The notes under the pieces were generated by a model, which searched no databases, was not told the DNA's origin, and saw nothing but the letters and a program-made list of their open reading frames with translations. From a bacterium (GTDB taxonomy: Bacteria > Zhuqueibacterota > QNDG01 > DSAB01), in NCBI GenBank assembly GCA_011388275.1, contig DSAB01000121.1, positions 123,579 to 187,578 of the forward strand: a stretch of 64,000 nt of DNA, written 5' to 3'. How positions within the stretch are numbered: the first letter of the stretch is position 1; each line of letters begins with the position of its first letter. Positions 1-9,962 of this stretch are shown piece by piece. Position numbers and translations under genes: made by a program.

Positions 1-826
1 CTGCCCAGGGATTCAGGCTTTTTGAAAAACGGGGGGCGGATTGTTTGTCAAGGGTCTCGAAATAGCTTTCGGGCGTAGAATGAATGATTTTCCAGCCCGT
101 GTTTTCAGAAGCGATTTTGTCCACGGCCTTCAGGTCGGCGGCCGACGGACCGCCGCCGTGGTCGCCGATGCCCCATAACAGCAGTTTCTGTTTTCTCGTT
201 TTTCCGGAGTCGAGATATCGGCGGATTCTTGACTCCATCTTACCGGCGAAGGAGTTGTAATGATCCCCGGCCCGATGCGCGGTCAGCGTTGACCCGTCGT
301 ATCCTTCCCAGAGGAAATCATCGGCGGGCAGATTCAGCCACTTGCCGTCCGGCCTGCAAAAAAGGTACCCGTCATACCCCGATTTTTTCAGGATCTGAAC
401 CAGGCCCCTGCTGTGTCCGAAGGAGTCCAGATTCACGGCAACCCGGGGTTCGACACCGAAGCGTGAAGAAAAATAACGTCTTCCTGTCAGAATCTGCCGG
501 ACAAAAGATTCGCCGGAGGGAAGATTGGCATCCGGCTGCAGATACCAGCCTCCCATGATATGCCACTTTCCGGCACGCACCAGGGCCTGTATTTTTTTCA
601 GCAGCGAAGGGTCATGCTCTTCGATCCATTGGTAGAGCAGGGCTTCGTTGTGGTTGAAAACAAAGCCTTCCCGGGTTTCACAAAAACGAACCGCGGTTCG
701 GAATGTCGCGAGGGCTGCGCCGAGGCCCTCTTCCCACGTCCAGAGCCAGACCGGATCCAGATGCGCGTTGCACACGAGAAACAGAGTCTTTTGGAAATGA
801 TGCGGCATGGTTGGCTCAATGTTCAT
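1..826 (-). CDS. GH38 alpha-mannosidase, N-terminal part (partial; continues beyond window start)
   Basis: Codon-by-codon translation of the minus strand from ATG (complement of 824..826) gives MNIEPTMPHHFQKTLFLVCNAHLDPVWLWTWEEG...DSFGHSRG...LWGIGDHGGGP, with no stop down to position 2. The CNAHLDPVWLW and GDHGGGP motifs are typical GH38 N-terminal signatures. The start overlaps the stop of the upstream GH15-like gene (ATGA). It is absent from the ORF track only because it has no in-window stop. Confidence 0.7.
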   Translation of the reverse strand, partial: MNIEPTMPHHFQKTLFLVCNAHLDPVWLWTWEEGLGAALATFRTAVRFCETREGFVFNHNEALLYQWIEEHDPSLLKKIQALVRAGKWHIMGGWYLQPDANLPSGESFVRQILTGRRYFSSRFGVEPRVAVNLDSFGHSRGLVQILKKSGYDGYLFCRPDGKWLNLPADDFLWEGYDGSTLTAHRAGDHYNSFAGKMESRIRRYLDSGKTRKQKLLLWGIGDHGGGPSAADLKAVDKIASENTGWKIIHSTPESYFETLDKQSAPRFSKSLNPWA

Positions 827-2838
827 ATCTGTATGTCGATACGGCAGTCATGATTGGGATACGGGATACAGACGAAATCCTCCCCTTGCTCGAGAATGCT
901 TTCTTCGGTACGGAAACGGTGTTTTCCGCCGGACCGGCTTTGCTGGATGTGAACATGGACCCGATGACCACGGAGCGGCAGAACCGCTTCGATCTGTTCC
1001 ACATCGGGCAAAAGGCGCGGCCTGAGACGGAGATGATTCGCTTGCGGCTGGAAACCCAGCAGATGATGAACAAGAAGAGCAATCATCTCCGCCCAGGTCC
1101 ATGGTGTAATGCCGACCTGGGGAAACGGCGGGGACAGGCGGGGACCGTAATTTTCGAACCAGGATCCGGATTGAGCGCCCGGTGTTCGTCCCAGCCATCG
1201 CAGAATTCGATAGACTTTATGGTATTCTTTCATCTCCAGATAGGCTCGGGCCACAAAAAGGGAAGGAAACGACCATGCGCCCGGAGAATCCGGTTCGGAA
1301 CGGATATGATACCGGCCGTATCCCCCGCCGTGCCAGTCCTGGTCCCATAAAACCTCCATGGTTTGCATGGTCTTTCGGGCCAGGGAAGAATCCGGCTGAA
1401 TCAGGCCTTCGGCAACGGCCAGAGCCACGGATGTGTCGGGATTCAGGCAATGGGGTCCGTTTCCGGACAGGGGCGATTCCGCGGGCAGGAACCCTTCGGA
1501 GGGGGGATCGATGGTTTCCTGTATCCGGCCGTTCAGACCCAGGCGCTTGATGAGGGCTCCCTGATGAACAAAACCGTACGGTCCCTCATGGAGCAGTTGT
1601 TTGTGAATGGCCCGGGCTTCGAGGTCCCAGCGGCGGGCCAAATTCCGGTCATCCATCATCAGCGCCATATTCGAAGCGGTTCGAAGTCCGAGAATCATCC
1701 AGATTTGATGGGCCGCTTCGAAGCCTTTTTCAACGCCGTACAGAGCATGACGTTCCCAGTATTCACGCGCATTGGTCAGAAGGCCCGATTCATGACGAAA
1801 AGTGCGGCTCAGGGGGAATTGAGCCAGTTTCTTGATGAGGGGCCAGAAGGTACTGACAACCTCGTTGTCACCGGTCCAGGCCGTGTATTGGGCGCAGGCG
1901 AAGAGCAGAGCGCCGTTCTGGTCCAGTTCCGACTCTTCATGGGTTCGGTTCATGCTCGAATCCATGGTGGCGCCTTCCGGGCTGACGAATTCCCGAAAGA
2001 GGCGGCGAAGCATTCGGCCGGCGATTCGGAAATGACCGCTCTGGCACAATCCGACGACAGCCATGGCCTGATCACGGACCCACTCACGGTTGTACTGCCA
2101 GATGCTGCCGTCCATTTTGCCTGAACGGGAGATCATCACGGGCAGCTGATAGCGGGAAGCATTGAAGAAATGATCCAGTATCAGGGAATGAAAAGCGACT
2201 TTCGCCGTAGACTCCCAATAATCGTGCAGATCCCGGGTGAGATGTTCTTCATGGACTTGATCAAGAGAGAGGGAGTGTTTTTCCGAAAAGAGCTGATACC
2301 GTAAATACACACGGCACTGCTCGTCCGGTGTCAAATTCAGGGGTACGGAGACGGCTTTGCCCGGCACGGAGGTTTCCGCGTGCAGCGACAAAGCCTGATG
2401 GGCAGTATTATGAATTCGGATTTCTCTGGCCAGAACCGCTCTGTTCCGGTCGGGACAGAAAAAGTGTTCGATGATGCGGCAATATTCGGTGTGCCATTGT
2501 ACATGCACGGTAGGGAAACGGCAGTCGTGGCACCAATGGGCTTCTATGAAAGAGGGCTCCGGGATTTCCGTCCGGTTTTTGCTGCGCAGGCGCAACATCG
2601 TGTTCTGGAAGCCGGTTTCCGGGTCGAAGGTGAGGGCGTCTCTCTTTTTTCCAAGAATTTCAGGATTCATAATCAGAAGCCCAATCGGACTTTGCTGTCC
2701 GGAAGGCGAAATTTGTACGGCTGCCTGTATAAGACCGTTGCCGAGAAAGAAATAGGAGATATCGCCTGATCGCGTTTGGGCATCGGCATGAAATTTGGAG
2801 GGATCATCATGATAAATATGCTCCTGAGAGTCGATCAT
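823..2838 (-). CDS. six-hairpin glycoside hydrolase, GH15-like (glucoamylase/glucodextranase/trehalase family)
   Basis: 671-aa ORF with a YNREWVRDQAMAVVG segment resembling the GH15 W-x-R-D catalytic-domain motif. AAGGAGG RBS upstream of the ATG at 2838. Family assignment is by motif recall, not alignment. Confidence 0.55.
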   Translation of the reverse strand: MIDSQEHIYHDDPSKFHADAQTRSGDISYFFLGNGLIQAAVQISPSGQQSPIGLLIMNPEILGKKRDALTFDPETGFQNTMLRLRSKNRTEIPEPSFIEAHWCHDCRFPTVHVQWHTEYCRIIEHFFCPDRNRAVLAREIRIHNTAHQALSLHAETSVPGKAVSVPLNLTPDEQCRVYLRYQLFSEKHSLSLDQVHEEHLTRDLHDYWESTAKVAFHSLILDHFFNASRYQLPVMISRSGKMDGSIWQYNREWVRDQAMAVVGLCQSGHFRIAGRMLRRLFREFVSPEGATMDSSMNRTHEESELDQNGALLFACAQYTAWTGDNEVVSTFWPLIKKLAQFPLSRTFRHESGLLTNAREYWERHALYGVEKGFEAAHQIWMILGLRTASNMALMMDDRNLARRWDLEARAIHKQLLHEGPYGFVHQGALIKRLGLNGRIQETIDPPSEGFLPAESPLSGNGPHCLNPDTSVALAVAEGLIQPDSSLARKTMQTMEVLWDQDWHGGGYGRYHIRSEPDSPGAWSFPSLFVARAYLEMKEYHKVYRILRWLGRTPGAQSGSWFENYGPRLSPPFPQVGITPWTWAEMIALLVHHLLGFQPQANHLRLRPRLLPDVEQIEAVLPLRGHRVHVHIQQSRSGGKHRFRTEESILEQGEDFVCIPYPNHDCRIDIQI

Positions 2839-2922
2839 GTGTTGGCCTCCTTTTTGTCCGACATATTTTGAATGATACGATTTTGAACGGAAAAAAACAA
2901 AGGAAAAGGGATTTCTTTCGGC

Positions 2923-4275
2923 TTATATTTTTTTCCGGAGCCATTGCCCCCGGCGAAACAGGATAAAAAGGGCCGTCCCTTTTAAGAATGTGGTTCCCGA
3001 AATGGACCACCAAACCGCGTCGACGCCCAGATCGAGAACGACTCCAAAAATGCAGGCCAGGGGAATGCGGAGAAAGGTGAATAAAAAAATAATAAGAAAG
3101 GGAGAGAGCGTTTCCCCGGCGCCGGAAAAAGCACCTCCCAGGATCACTTCCAGGGCCATAAAAATTTCGAACACGGCGATAATGCGAATGTACCGGCTTC
3201 CATGCGCGATGACGTCCGGGCTGTCGATGAAGAACCTGAAGAGAAGTCCGGGCATAAAAAAGAAGAGAATGGATACGGCCAGAAGCAGAATCACGCCCGA
3301 AGAAAGGGAGAGTTGAACAGACCGGCGGGCCCGGTGCGGCAGATTCGCACCCAGATTTTGTCCGACCATGGCGGCTGTCGCCTGAGACAGTCCGGTTGTC
3401 ACAAAAAACGGAAAGGCTTCGAGACGGTGACCGATTCCCAGAGCGGCCAGTGGCGCGTTACCGAACAGGGAAATGATCCCGGTCAGCACCAGATAGATAG
3501 CCGAAAAGGCGGCGCCGCCGAATGAAACGGGAATTCCGATTCGGGTCATGCGAAGGAATGAATGTTTGAACCAGATCCGGTCTGCAGGCAGGCGGGCGTT
3601 TTTCAAAGGTGGAAACAGGACAGTCAGAGCGGACAGCATGAGAATACATCCGGTAATCTGGGCAATCACTGTGGCCACTGCGGCGCCGGCAAGACCAAGG
3701 CCGAAGTGAAAGATAAACAGGGGATCCAATGCCGCGTTGAGAAGGAGGGAGAATCCGGTAATCATCATGGGAAGTCGAGTGTTGCCGAGGCCTCTTATCA
3801 GGTGTTCTCCGGTGACCATCAGACAGACAAAAGGGAGACCTGAAAGAAATACCAGCGTGTAAACAGAAGCCATATGCGCAACCGGTGCTTCGAGGTTCAG
3901 AAAGCAGAACAACCGACTCGAAAAAGGAATGAAAATACTCAGAATGAAAAAAGAGAAAAGGCAAGCGGCTGAAACGGCACCCAGAATGGTTTTCTGTACT
4001 CCTGCCGTATCATTTTCTCCTGTGCGCCTGGAGATCAATGCCAAAGCGCCCACACCTACAGTTTGTGAAAGGGCGCGAATCATCCACACCAAAAAACTGG
4101 CTGCGCTGAGTGCCGCAACCGGCTTTTCACCCAGCCTGCCCACCCAGTACATATCAATGATTTCAAATATCACCATGAATAATGAAGAGGCCACCGCCGG
4201 ACCCGCCAGTGAGACAAGCCCCCTCATGGGGTTCCCGTGGATGATGAGGTCTCTTTCCTTGAAGGCGGTGAACAT
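2923..4275 (-). CDS. MATE family multidrug/oligosaccharide efflux transporter
   Basis: 12-TM-like hydrophobic profile. The N-terminus MFTAFKERDLIIHGNPMRGLVSLAGPAVASSLF...VGRLG is typical of NorM/MATE. Start trimmed from the track ORF to the internal Met (MFTAFKERD). Confidence 0.75.
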   Translation of the reverse strand: MFTAFKERDLIIHGNPMRGLVSLAGPAVASSLFMVIFEIIDMYWVGRLGEKPVAALSAASFLVWMIRALSQTVGVGALALISRRTGENDTAGVQKTILGAVSAACLFSFFILSIFIPFSSRLFCFLNLEAPVAHMASVYTLVFLSGLPFVCLMVTGEHLIRGLGNTRLPMMITGFSLLLNAALDPLFIFHFGLGLAGAAVATVIAQITGCILMLSALTVLFPPLKNARLPADRIWFKHSFLRMTRIGIPVSFGGAAFSAIYLVLTGIISLFGNAPLAALGIGHRLEAFPFFVTTGLSQATAAMVGQNLGANLPHRARRSVQLSLSSGVILLLAVSILFFFMPGLLFRFFIDSPDVIAHGSRYIRIIAVFEIFMALEVILGGAFSGAGETLSPFLIIFLFTFLRIPLACIFGVVLDLGVDAVWWSISGTTFLKGTALFILFRRGQWLRKKI

Positions 4276-4455
4276 CGGATGACTCCTTGGCACGGAAGAA
4301 AAGGAAATGTTGAAACGGCTTATGAAGATAATCACTGAAAGTTTTATTGTCAAGCGCGAGAGAGTATGACTCCGATTTAGCGATTGACTTTTTAATGCGC
4401 AATGCTTACTTTAAAATTCATATTGCGGGACGGTTCGTTCATTTGGAGGTGATGA

Positions 4456-4911
4456 ATGATCGATGGAGTCGAGGTAAAACCCCTGCGTGTGATTCCCGAT
4501 GAACGGGGTCATCTAATGGAAATTTTACGTTGCGATGACGATATTTTTGAGAAATTCGGTCAGGTATATATGACCACCACCTATCCGGGGGTGATCAAAG
4601 CATGGCATTTTCATCGGCATCAGGATGACAATGTGACCGCGATCAAGGGGATGTTGAAGCTGGTTTTATTCGACGACAGGGATGGATCCCGGACTCGCGG
4701 TGAGTTGAACGAGTTTTTTATCGGTGACCGGCAGCCTCAGTTGGTTCATATACCGCGCGGCGTGTATCACGGGTGGAAATGCATCAGTCAGGACGAGGCC
4801 TATGTCATCAATTGTGTAACCGAACCCTATCGATACGAGTCTCCCGATGAACACCGGCTTTCCTATAATTCTGAAAAAATACCCTACGATTGGGCTGTAA
4901 AAATGGGATAA
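4456..4911 (+). CDS. RmlC-like cupin (dTDP-4-keto-6-deoxyhexose epimerase/isomerase family)
   Basis: 151 aa. PDERGHLMEI, GVIKAWHFHRHQ and LVHIPRGVYHGW segments parallel the RmlC D-x-RG-F-E, GLHFQ and P-x-G-F-AHGF blocks. It is shorter than canonical RmlC, so it could be a 3- or 3,5-epimerase or an FdtA-type isomerase. Confidence 0.65.
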   Translation: MIDGVEVKPLRVIPDERGHLMEILRCDDDIFEKFGQVYMTTTYPGVIKAWHFHRHQDDNVTAIKGMLKLVLFDDRDGSRTRGELNEFFIGDRQPQLVHIPRGVYHGWKCISQDEAYVINCVTEPYRYESPDEHRLSYNSEKIPYDWAVKMG

Positions 4912-4965
4912 CACCGGCTGTTTCCAGGGGCGGTCTCTACTGAATTAAAAAAAATCGAGAACATT

Positions 4966-5970
4966 ATGCGTACTCTACTTGTTACCGGCGGAGCCGGTTT
5001 TATCGGGAGCAATTTTATTCAGTATATGCTGGGCAAGCATACAGAGATTTCCATTATTAATCTGGACAAGCTGACTTATGCCGGCAATCTGGAAAACCTG
5101 AAAACGGTCGAACATGACGACCGTTACCGATTCGTCGAAGGAGATATCTGTAACGCGGAGATCGTGAACCGGCTTGTTCCTGAAGCGGATGTCATTGTTA
5201 ATTTTGCGGCGGAGAGCCATGTGGATCGTTCGATCGGCAAGCCGGATGATTTCATTAAAACCGATATCTACGGCGTATTCGTTCTCCTGGAGGCGGCACG
5301 ATCAAATGGCATTCAGAGGTTTGTACAGATCAGTACCGATGAAGTCTATGGAAGCCGGGAAAAGGGCCATTTCAGTGAGACGGACCCGTTGATGCCTTCC
5401 AGCCCTTATGCCGCATCCAAAAGCGGAGCCGACCGCCTGGTTTATTCCTATTACGTTACGTATCGGCTGCCGGTTGTGATTCCGAGAAGCTCCAACAATT
5501 TCGGGCCCTATCAGTATCCGGAAAAGTTGATACCGCTTTTTGTAACCAACGCTTTGGAAAATAAAAAATTGCCCATCTACGGGGATGGTTTGAATGTCAG
5601 GGATTGGCTCTATGTCATGGATAATTGCGAGGCCATTGAACTCATCATGGAGCAGGGTCGGGACGGAGAGGCATACAATGTGGGTGCGGGGAACGAATAC
5701 AGCAACCTGGAGATCACCCGTTTTATTCTCGATTTTTTGCATAAACCCGAAAGCCTGATGACTTTTGTGGAAGACCGGAAGGGACATGACCGGCGATACG
5801 CTCTGGATATCGGCAAAACGTGCGCACTGGGCTGGAAGCCGCGCCATTCTTTTCAGGAGGCCATGAAGGAGACGATTCAGTGGTACTGCCATCATCGGGA
5901 GTGGTGGGAAAAACTGAAGAGCGGTGAATATCTGGAATACTATCGAAAGCAATATCAAAACCGGTTGTAA
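4966..5970 (+). CDS. rfbB: dTDP-glucose 4,6-dehydratase
   Basis: MRTLLVTGGAGFIGSNF Rossmann motif, DKLTYAGNLENL, FAAESHVDRSI, and a YAASK catalytic YxxxK. Length 334 aa. Confidence 0.9.
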   Translation: MRTLLVTGGAGFIGSNFIQYMLGKHTEISIINLDKLTYAGNLENLKTVEHDDRYRFVEGDICNAEIVNRLVPEADVIVNFAAESHVDRSIGKPDDFIKTDIYGVFVLLEAARSNGIQRFVQISTDEVYGSREKGHFSETDPLMPSSPYAASKSGADRLVYSYYVTYRLPVVIPRSSNNFGPYQYPEKLIPLFVTNALENKKLPIYGDGLNVRDWLYVMDNCEAIELIMEQGRDGEAYNVGAGNEYSNLEITRFILDFLHKPESLMTFVEDRKGHDRRYALDIGKTCALGWKPRHSFQEAMKETIQWYCHHREWWEKLKSGEYLEYYRKQYQNRL

Positions 5971-6000
5971 ACAAGGCAGAAGTTTTTAAAGAGGTTTTTT

Positions 6001-7311
6001 ATGGATCTGAAAAGCAAAATCGATTCCAAGAAGGCTCGTGTCGGCATCATCGGTCTGGGCTATGTGGGATTGCCGCTGCTCATCGAGTTTGTTCGGGAAG
6101 GATTCAACGCCATCGGTTTCGACATCGATCCGCGAAAGATTGAATGCCTTGCGAAGAAAAAAACATACATCAAGCATATCCCGAATACGGATATCCAGAA
6201 GATGGCAAGCAGCGGCCGCTTCGATTCAACCACGGATTTCTCCCGCCTGAAAGAAGTGGATTGCATCGTTGTCGCTGTACCGACGCCTCTGGACAAGTAC
6301 CGCCAGCCGGATCTCAGTTATATACGCGCCACATCGGAAACCATCTCGCAATATCTGCGCAAAGGACAGTTGGTCATATTGGAGAGTTCGACCTGGCCGG
6401 GTACCACCGAAGAGGTGATGAGACCCATCCTCGAACAATCCGGTCTGCGGTGTCCGGAAGATTTTTATCTGGCATTTTCTCCCGAAAGAGAGGATCCGAA
6501 TAATCCCAAATACTCGACCAGGACCATTCCGAAAGTGGTAGGAGCCAATGATGAGGCCGGGCTGGCCTGCGCCAAAGCCTTGTATGATCGGGTCATTGTC
6601 CAGACAGTAACGGTTTCTTCCAGCCAGGCGGCTGAAGCGACCAAACTTCTGGAAAACATATTCCGCAGCGTGAATATCGCCCTGGTCAATGAAATGAAAC
6701 AGATTCTTGATCGAATGGGGATTGACGTATGGGAAGTGATCGAGGCGGCATCCACCAAGCCTTTCGGCTATATGCCCTTTTACCCCGGACCCGGTCTGGG
6801 CGGCCATTGCATTCCAATCGATCCATTCTATCTGACCTGGAAGGCCAAAGAGTATGATATGCCGACCCGTTTTATCGAGCTGGCCGGTGAAATCAATACG
6901 GCCATGCCTTACTATGTTCTGCAGAAGATGATGGAGGCACTCAACACGCATCGCAAAAGTCTCAACGGTTCACGAATTTTGATTCTGGGGGCCGCCTATA
7001 AGAAAGATATAGACGACATGCGTGAAAGTCCGACTTTGAAGCTGATTGAAATTTTATCCGAACAGGGGGCGGAGGTGGACTACAACGATCCGTTCATTCC
7101 GATGATGCCAAAAGTCCGGAAATATCAATATGACATGAAGAGCGTGGAGCTCAATCCGAAGACTTTGGCTTCGTATGATGCGGTCCTGATTTCAACGGAT
7201 CATTCGTCTTATGATTATGAAATGATAGTCCGGCACTCCCTTCTGATTGTGGACACCCGAAACGCAACAAGACACGTAAAAGACGGACGAAATAAAATCG
7301 TCAAGGCATAA
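6001..7311 (+). CDS. nucleotide-sugar 6-dehydrogenase (UDP-N-acetyl-hexosamine/UDP-glucose dehydrogenase family)
   Basis: VGIIGLGYVGLPL N-terminal NAD-binding motif, 436 aa, with the GGHCIPIDP catalytic-Cys region typical of the Ugd/WbpA/WecC family. Confidence 0.85.
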   Translation: MDLKSKIDSKKARVGIIGLGYVGLPLLIEFVREGFNAIGFDIDPRKIECLAKKKTYIKHIPNTDIQKMASSGRFDSTTDFSRLKEVDCIVVAVPTPLDKYRQPDLSYIRATSETISQYLRKGQLVILESSTWPGTTEEVMRPILEQSGLRCPEDFYLAFSPEREDPNNPKYSTRTIPKVVGANDEAGLACAKALYDRVIVQTVTVSSSQAAEATKLLENIFRSVNIALVNEMKQILDRMGIDVWEVIEAASTKPFGYMPFYPGPGLGGHCIPIDPFYLTWKAKEYDMPTRFIELAGEINTAMPYYVLQKMMEALNTHRKSLNGSRILILGAAYKKDIDDMRESPTLKLIEILSEQGAEVDYNDPFIPMMPKVRKYQYDMKSVELNPKTLASYDAVLISTDHSSYDYEMIVRHSLLIVDTRNATRHVKDGRNKIVKA

Positions 7312-7338
7312 GAACCCCGGTGAAAGTCAGGAGGGGGT

Positions 7339-8637
7339 ATGATCGCATTGAAACGATGGATCGCGGCGGGGTGCAGTCTGTTCTTTCTGGGGGCGGTCTC
7401 TCTGAATGGTCAGGTCACGCATCCGTCCGATCCTGTGCTTCGTTCGACCGGTTATTTCCCCTGGAAGAATCAGGAAACCAAAGACCCCGCAACCATGACA
7501 CGGGAAGAATTCGAAGAATGGAAGCGACGGCGTTTCGAACAGGACCGAACGCGGTATACGTTTCTGACCGCCCAGGAAGGACCGGTTGATTCGAAGACCT
7601 ATCGGACAGGGCCCGGGGACGAGCTGCTGTTGCATATCACCGGCGCCATGGAACTGCAAATCCCTCTCTTTGTCACGCCGGAAGGACGGTTGTTTGTGCC
7701 CTCGGTCGGGGAGTTTCATGTATCGGGAATGACGCTCGAGAATGTACAGGAAGATGTGGTCAGGAGAGCGGCCTCGGTTTATAAAAATTGCGATGTCGGT
7801 CTTTCACTGGAAACGCTGCGGTTTTTTCGCGTTCATGTCGTGGGTGAAGTTCGATTTCCGGGCACCTACATCGCTCAGGCGGCCCATCGCGTGTCTGACG
7901 CCATACAGGAAGCCGGGGGAGTGACGGAGCGGTCCTGGAAGGGGAAAATTGAATTACGGCATCAAGGCGGGAATACCGACTATATAGACCTGGCCGCTTT
8001 TGAACAGAAAGGCATCCTTGATCATAATCCTCATCTTTCAGGCGGGGACATTGTTTATGTGCCTCCCCTTTCTCCTACAGGCGCCATTGTTGAAATAGAG
8101 GGGAATTTATCGCATGCCGGATATTATCAGGTTGTTCCGGGCGAGGACTTGATGGATTTTTTAAATCGTGTGGGAGCACTTCAAAAGCATTCCAATTTAG
8201 CCCGTTTTCATGTACTGAGGCCCGATTCCCGGTCACTCAGTGGTTATAGGCGGATACAGCCGTATGAACAGAGTGTGGCGGGTGATACACACTTTTCTCT
8301 GCAATCAGGCGATCGAGTCGTGCTGGATTCCGAGCATGTCTATGTCAGGGGAGCCGTACAGAATCCGGGAGCCTATCCCTATGTCCATCATATGAAGGCG
8401 ATCGATTATGCGGGGCTGGCGGGCGGTGATTATAGTTCTGCCGGGTACAAGCGTGTGACGGTTTATCATGCCGCTTCAGGAAAAACCCGAAAAGGACCCG
8501 ATGTCGTGGTGGAGCCCGGAGATGTGGTGCATGTCGATTCCCATTGGACACAGCGTTTTGATGTTATAATCCGTATTATTCCGACGATTACATCGCTGAT
8601 TCTGGCAGCCAAGGCAGCCGGATTTTTTGACCGTTAA
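7339..8637 (+). CDS. polysaccharide export outer-membrane protein (Wza-like, Poly_export + SLBB domains)
   Basis: Signal peptide MIALKRWIAAGCSLFFLGAVSLNG, a GPGDELLLHITG Poly_export motif, and repeated SLBB-like segments (GDIVYVP, GDVVHV). AGGAGG RBS. Confidence 0.8.
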   Translation: MIALKRWIAAGCSLFFLGAVSLNGQVTHPSDPVLRSTGYFPWKNQETKDPATMTREEFEEWKRRRFEQDRTRYTFLTAQEGPVDSKTYRTGPGDELLLHITGAMELQIPLFVTPEGRLFVPSVGEFHVSGMTLENVQEDVVRRAASVYKNCDVGLSLETLRFFRVHVVGEVRFPGTYIAQAAHRVSDAIQEAGGVTERSWKGKIELRHQGGNTDYIDLAAFEQKGILDHNPHLSGGDIVYVPPLSPTGAIVEIEGNLSHAGYYQVVPGEDLMDFLNRVGALQKHSNLARFHVLRPDSRSLSGYRRIQPYEQSVAGDTHFSLQSGDRVVLDSEHVYVRGAVQNPGAYPYVHHMKAIDYAGLAGGDYSSAGYKRVTVYHAASGKTRKGPDVVVEPGDVVHVDSHWTQRFDVIIRIIPTITSLILAAKAAGFFDR

Positions 8638-8668
8638 CACCGGACATCAAACCGATGAGGAGCCGGTT

Positions 8669-9898
8669 ATGGGGAAGAAAAACCAGGGCATGCTGGATCT
8701 TCTCGTATTGGCCGCAGAACATCGAAAAGGCCTTGTTATCCATTTTCTGATAATCTGCGGTTTGACGGCGGGCTTCAGCTTTATCGTTCCCAAGACTTTC
8801 CGGGCCGAAACCGTTTTATTGCCGCCGGTCGAAGATGAATCCATGGGGATGGGCTCTCTGCTGAGCCAGATCCCTCTTTCAGGTTTTGGATTCAGTCTGT
8901 CCCCGGTATCCGAAGAGACCAACATCTATATTGCCATTCTGAACAGCCGAACCGTGATGGAAACAGTCGCCAGGAGATTTGATTTGCAGCGTCTGTACCG
9001 GCTGGAAACGCTTGAAGAGACCGTGAAACAGCTGCGCCGGCGGGTGACGGTTAAGATCAACGATGATGCGACGCTTGCCATTCAGACTCACGCCCGCACC
9101 CGCTGGTTTTCGGGAAAGACCGGGGATGAACAGACCCGGAATCGATGCCGGGACATGGCCAATTATTTCGTTTCAAAGCTGGATTCTCTGAACCGCCGGT
9201 TCAAGTCTCAACGCGCATCCGATTATCGCATCTTTATTCAAGAGCGTTATCACCGGAACATGCAGGACCTGGCTCATGCCGAGGAATCGTTCAAGGCCTA
9301 TCAGGAGAGGGTCGGGGCCGTGGCCCTGCCTCAGCAGACTCAGGCGACCATTACCGCGGCCGCTGAGATGAAGGCCAGAATCATGGCCAAGGAGATCGAA
9401 CTGGAGGTTCTGGGATATTCCCTGGATTCGACGCATCCCGATTATATCAGAGTCATGAGAGAGAAACGGGAAACCGAAAGAAAATATCAGGAGTTTATCG
9501 CCCGGAACGGTTCCCATCGCTCGTTGGATGAAGAAAGCCAGGTCTTTCTTTCGTTGAGTGAGGTTCCGGATCTCGGACTGAATTATTTACGGCTGTATCG
9601 TGAAGTATTGCTTCAGGAGAAAATCCTTGAGCTGATTCTGCCTATGCTCGAACAGGCGAAAATTCAGGAAGCCAGAGATACGCCAACCGTACAGGTGCTC
9701 GACACCGCGGTTGCTCCTGTAAAAAAAATCAGGCCGCGCCGGGCGCTGTCCGTTATTTTTGCCGGTCTTCTGAGCGTGTTTTTCAGCCTGACCCTCTTTT
9801 CCATTCAGGAATATTTTAATAAAATGCGCCGGGAAAATACGGAAATGTATCAAAAATGGATAAAGGTGCTGGAGCTGATGAAGCATGGAACCGCATGA
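8669..9898 (+). CDS. polysaccharide co-polymerase / chain-length determinant (Wzz/GumC-like, no kinase domain)
   Basis: N-terminal TM (LVIHFLIICGLTAGFSFIVP), a long coiled-coil-rich periplasmic region, and a C-terminal TM (ALSVIFAGLLSVFFSLTLF). Start trimmed to the ATG preceded by GAGGAG. Confidence 0.65.
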   Translation: MGKKNQGMLDLLVLAAEHRKGLVIHFLIICGLTAGFSFIVPKTFRAETVLLPPVEDESMGMGSLLSQIPLSGFGFSLSPVSEETNIYIAILNSRTVMETVARRFDLQRLYRLETLEETVKQLRRRVTVKINDDATLAIQTHARTRWFSGKTGDEQTRNRCRDMANYFVSKLDSLNRRFKSQRASDYRIFIQERYHRNMQDLAHAEESFKAYQERVGAVALPQQTQATITAAAEMKARIMAKEIELEVLGYSLDSTHPDYIRVMREKRETERKYQEFIARNGSHRSLDEESQVFLSLSEVPDLGLNYLRLYREVLLQEKILELILPMLEQAKIQEARDTPTVQVLDTAVAPVKKIRPRRALSVIFAGLLSVFFSLTLFSIQEYFNKMRRENTEMYQKWIKVLELMKHGTA

Positions 9899-9962
9899 AC
9901 TATTTTGTGTTGATATTTTCCCGCGATTCGGTTGATACAGATCAATATTATGCGACGGATAT

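Noticed and set aside
350-370. Apparent frameshift in the GH38 alpha-mannosidase N-terminal region at an A-run
   Set aside because: My first pass counted seven A residues and produced a premature stop. A careful codon-by-codon recount of the printed sequence shows six A residues (358..363) and a single open frame from 826 down to position 2 (...GYDGYLFCRPDGKWLNLP...). The gene is missing from the ORF track only because it has no in-window stop. No frameshift is claimed.
1363-2124. 253-aa plus-strand ORF inside the GH15-like gene (and similar: 6226..6951, 26177..26665, 27544..28044, 31915..32553, 33185..33739, 35123..36397, 39767..40834, 42628..43851, 44335..45006, 47706..48713, 49090..49827, 50964..51584, 51595..52428, 55677..56816)
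   Set aside because: These are long antisense or shadow ORFs expected in GC-rich DNA. Each overlaps a gene on the other strand that has clear family motifs, RBS and start context, or operon coupling. They show no recognisable motifs themselves and are rich in Arg/Gly/Pro, as mirrored frames typically are.
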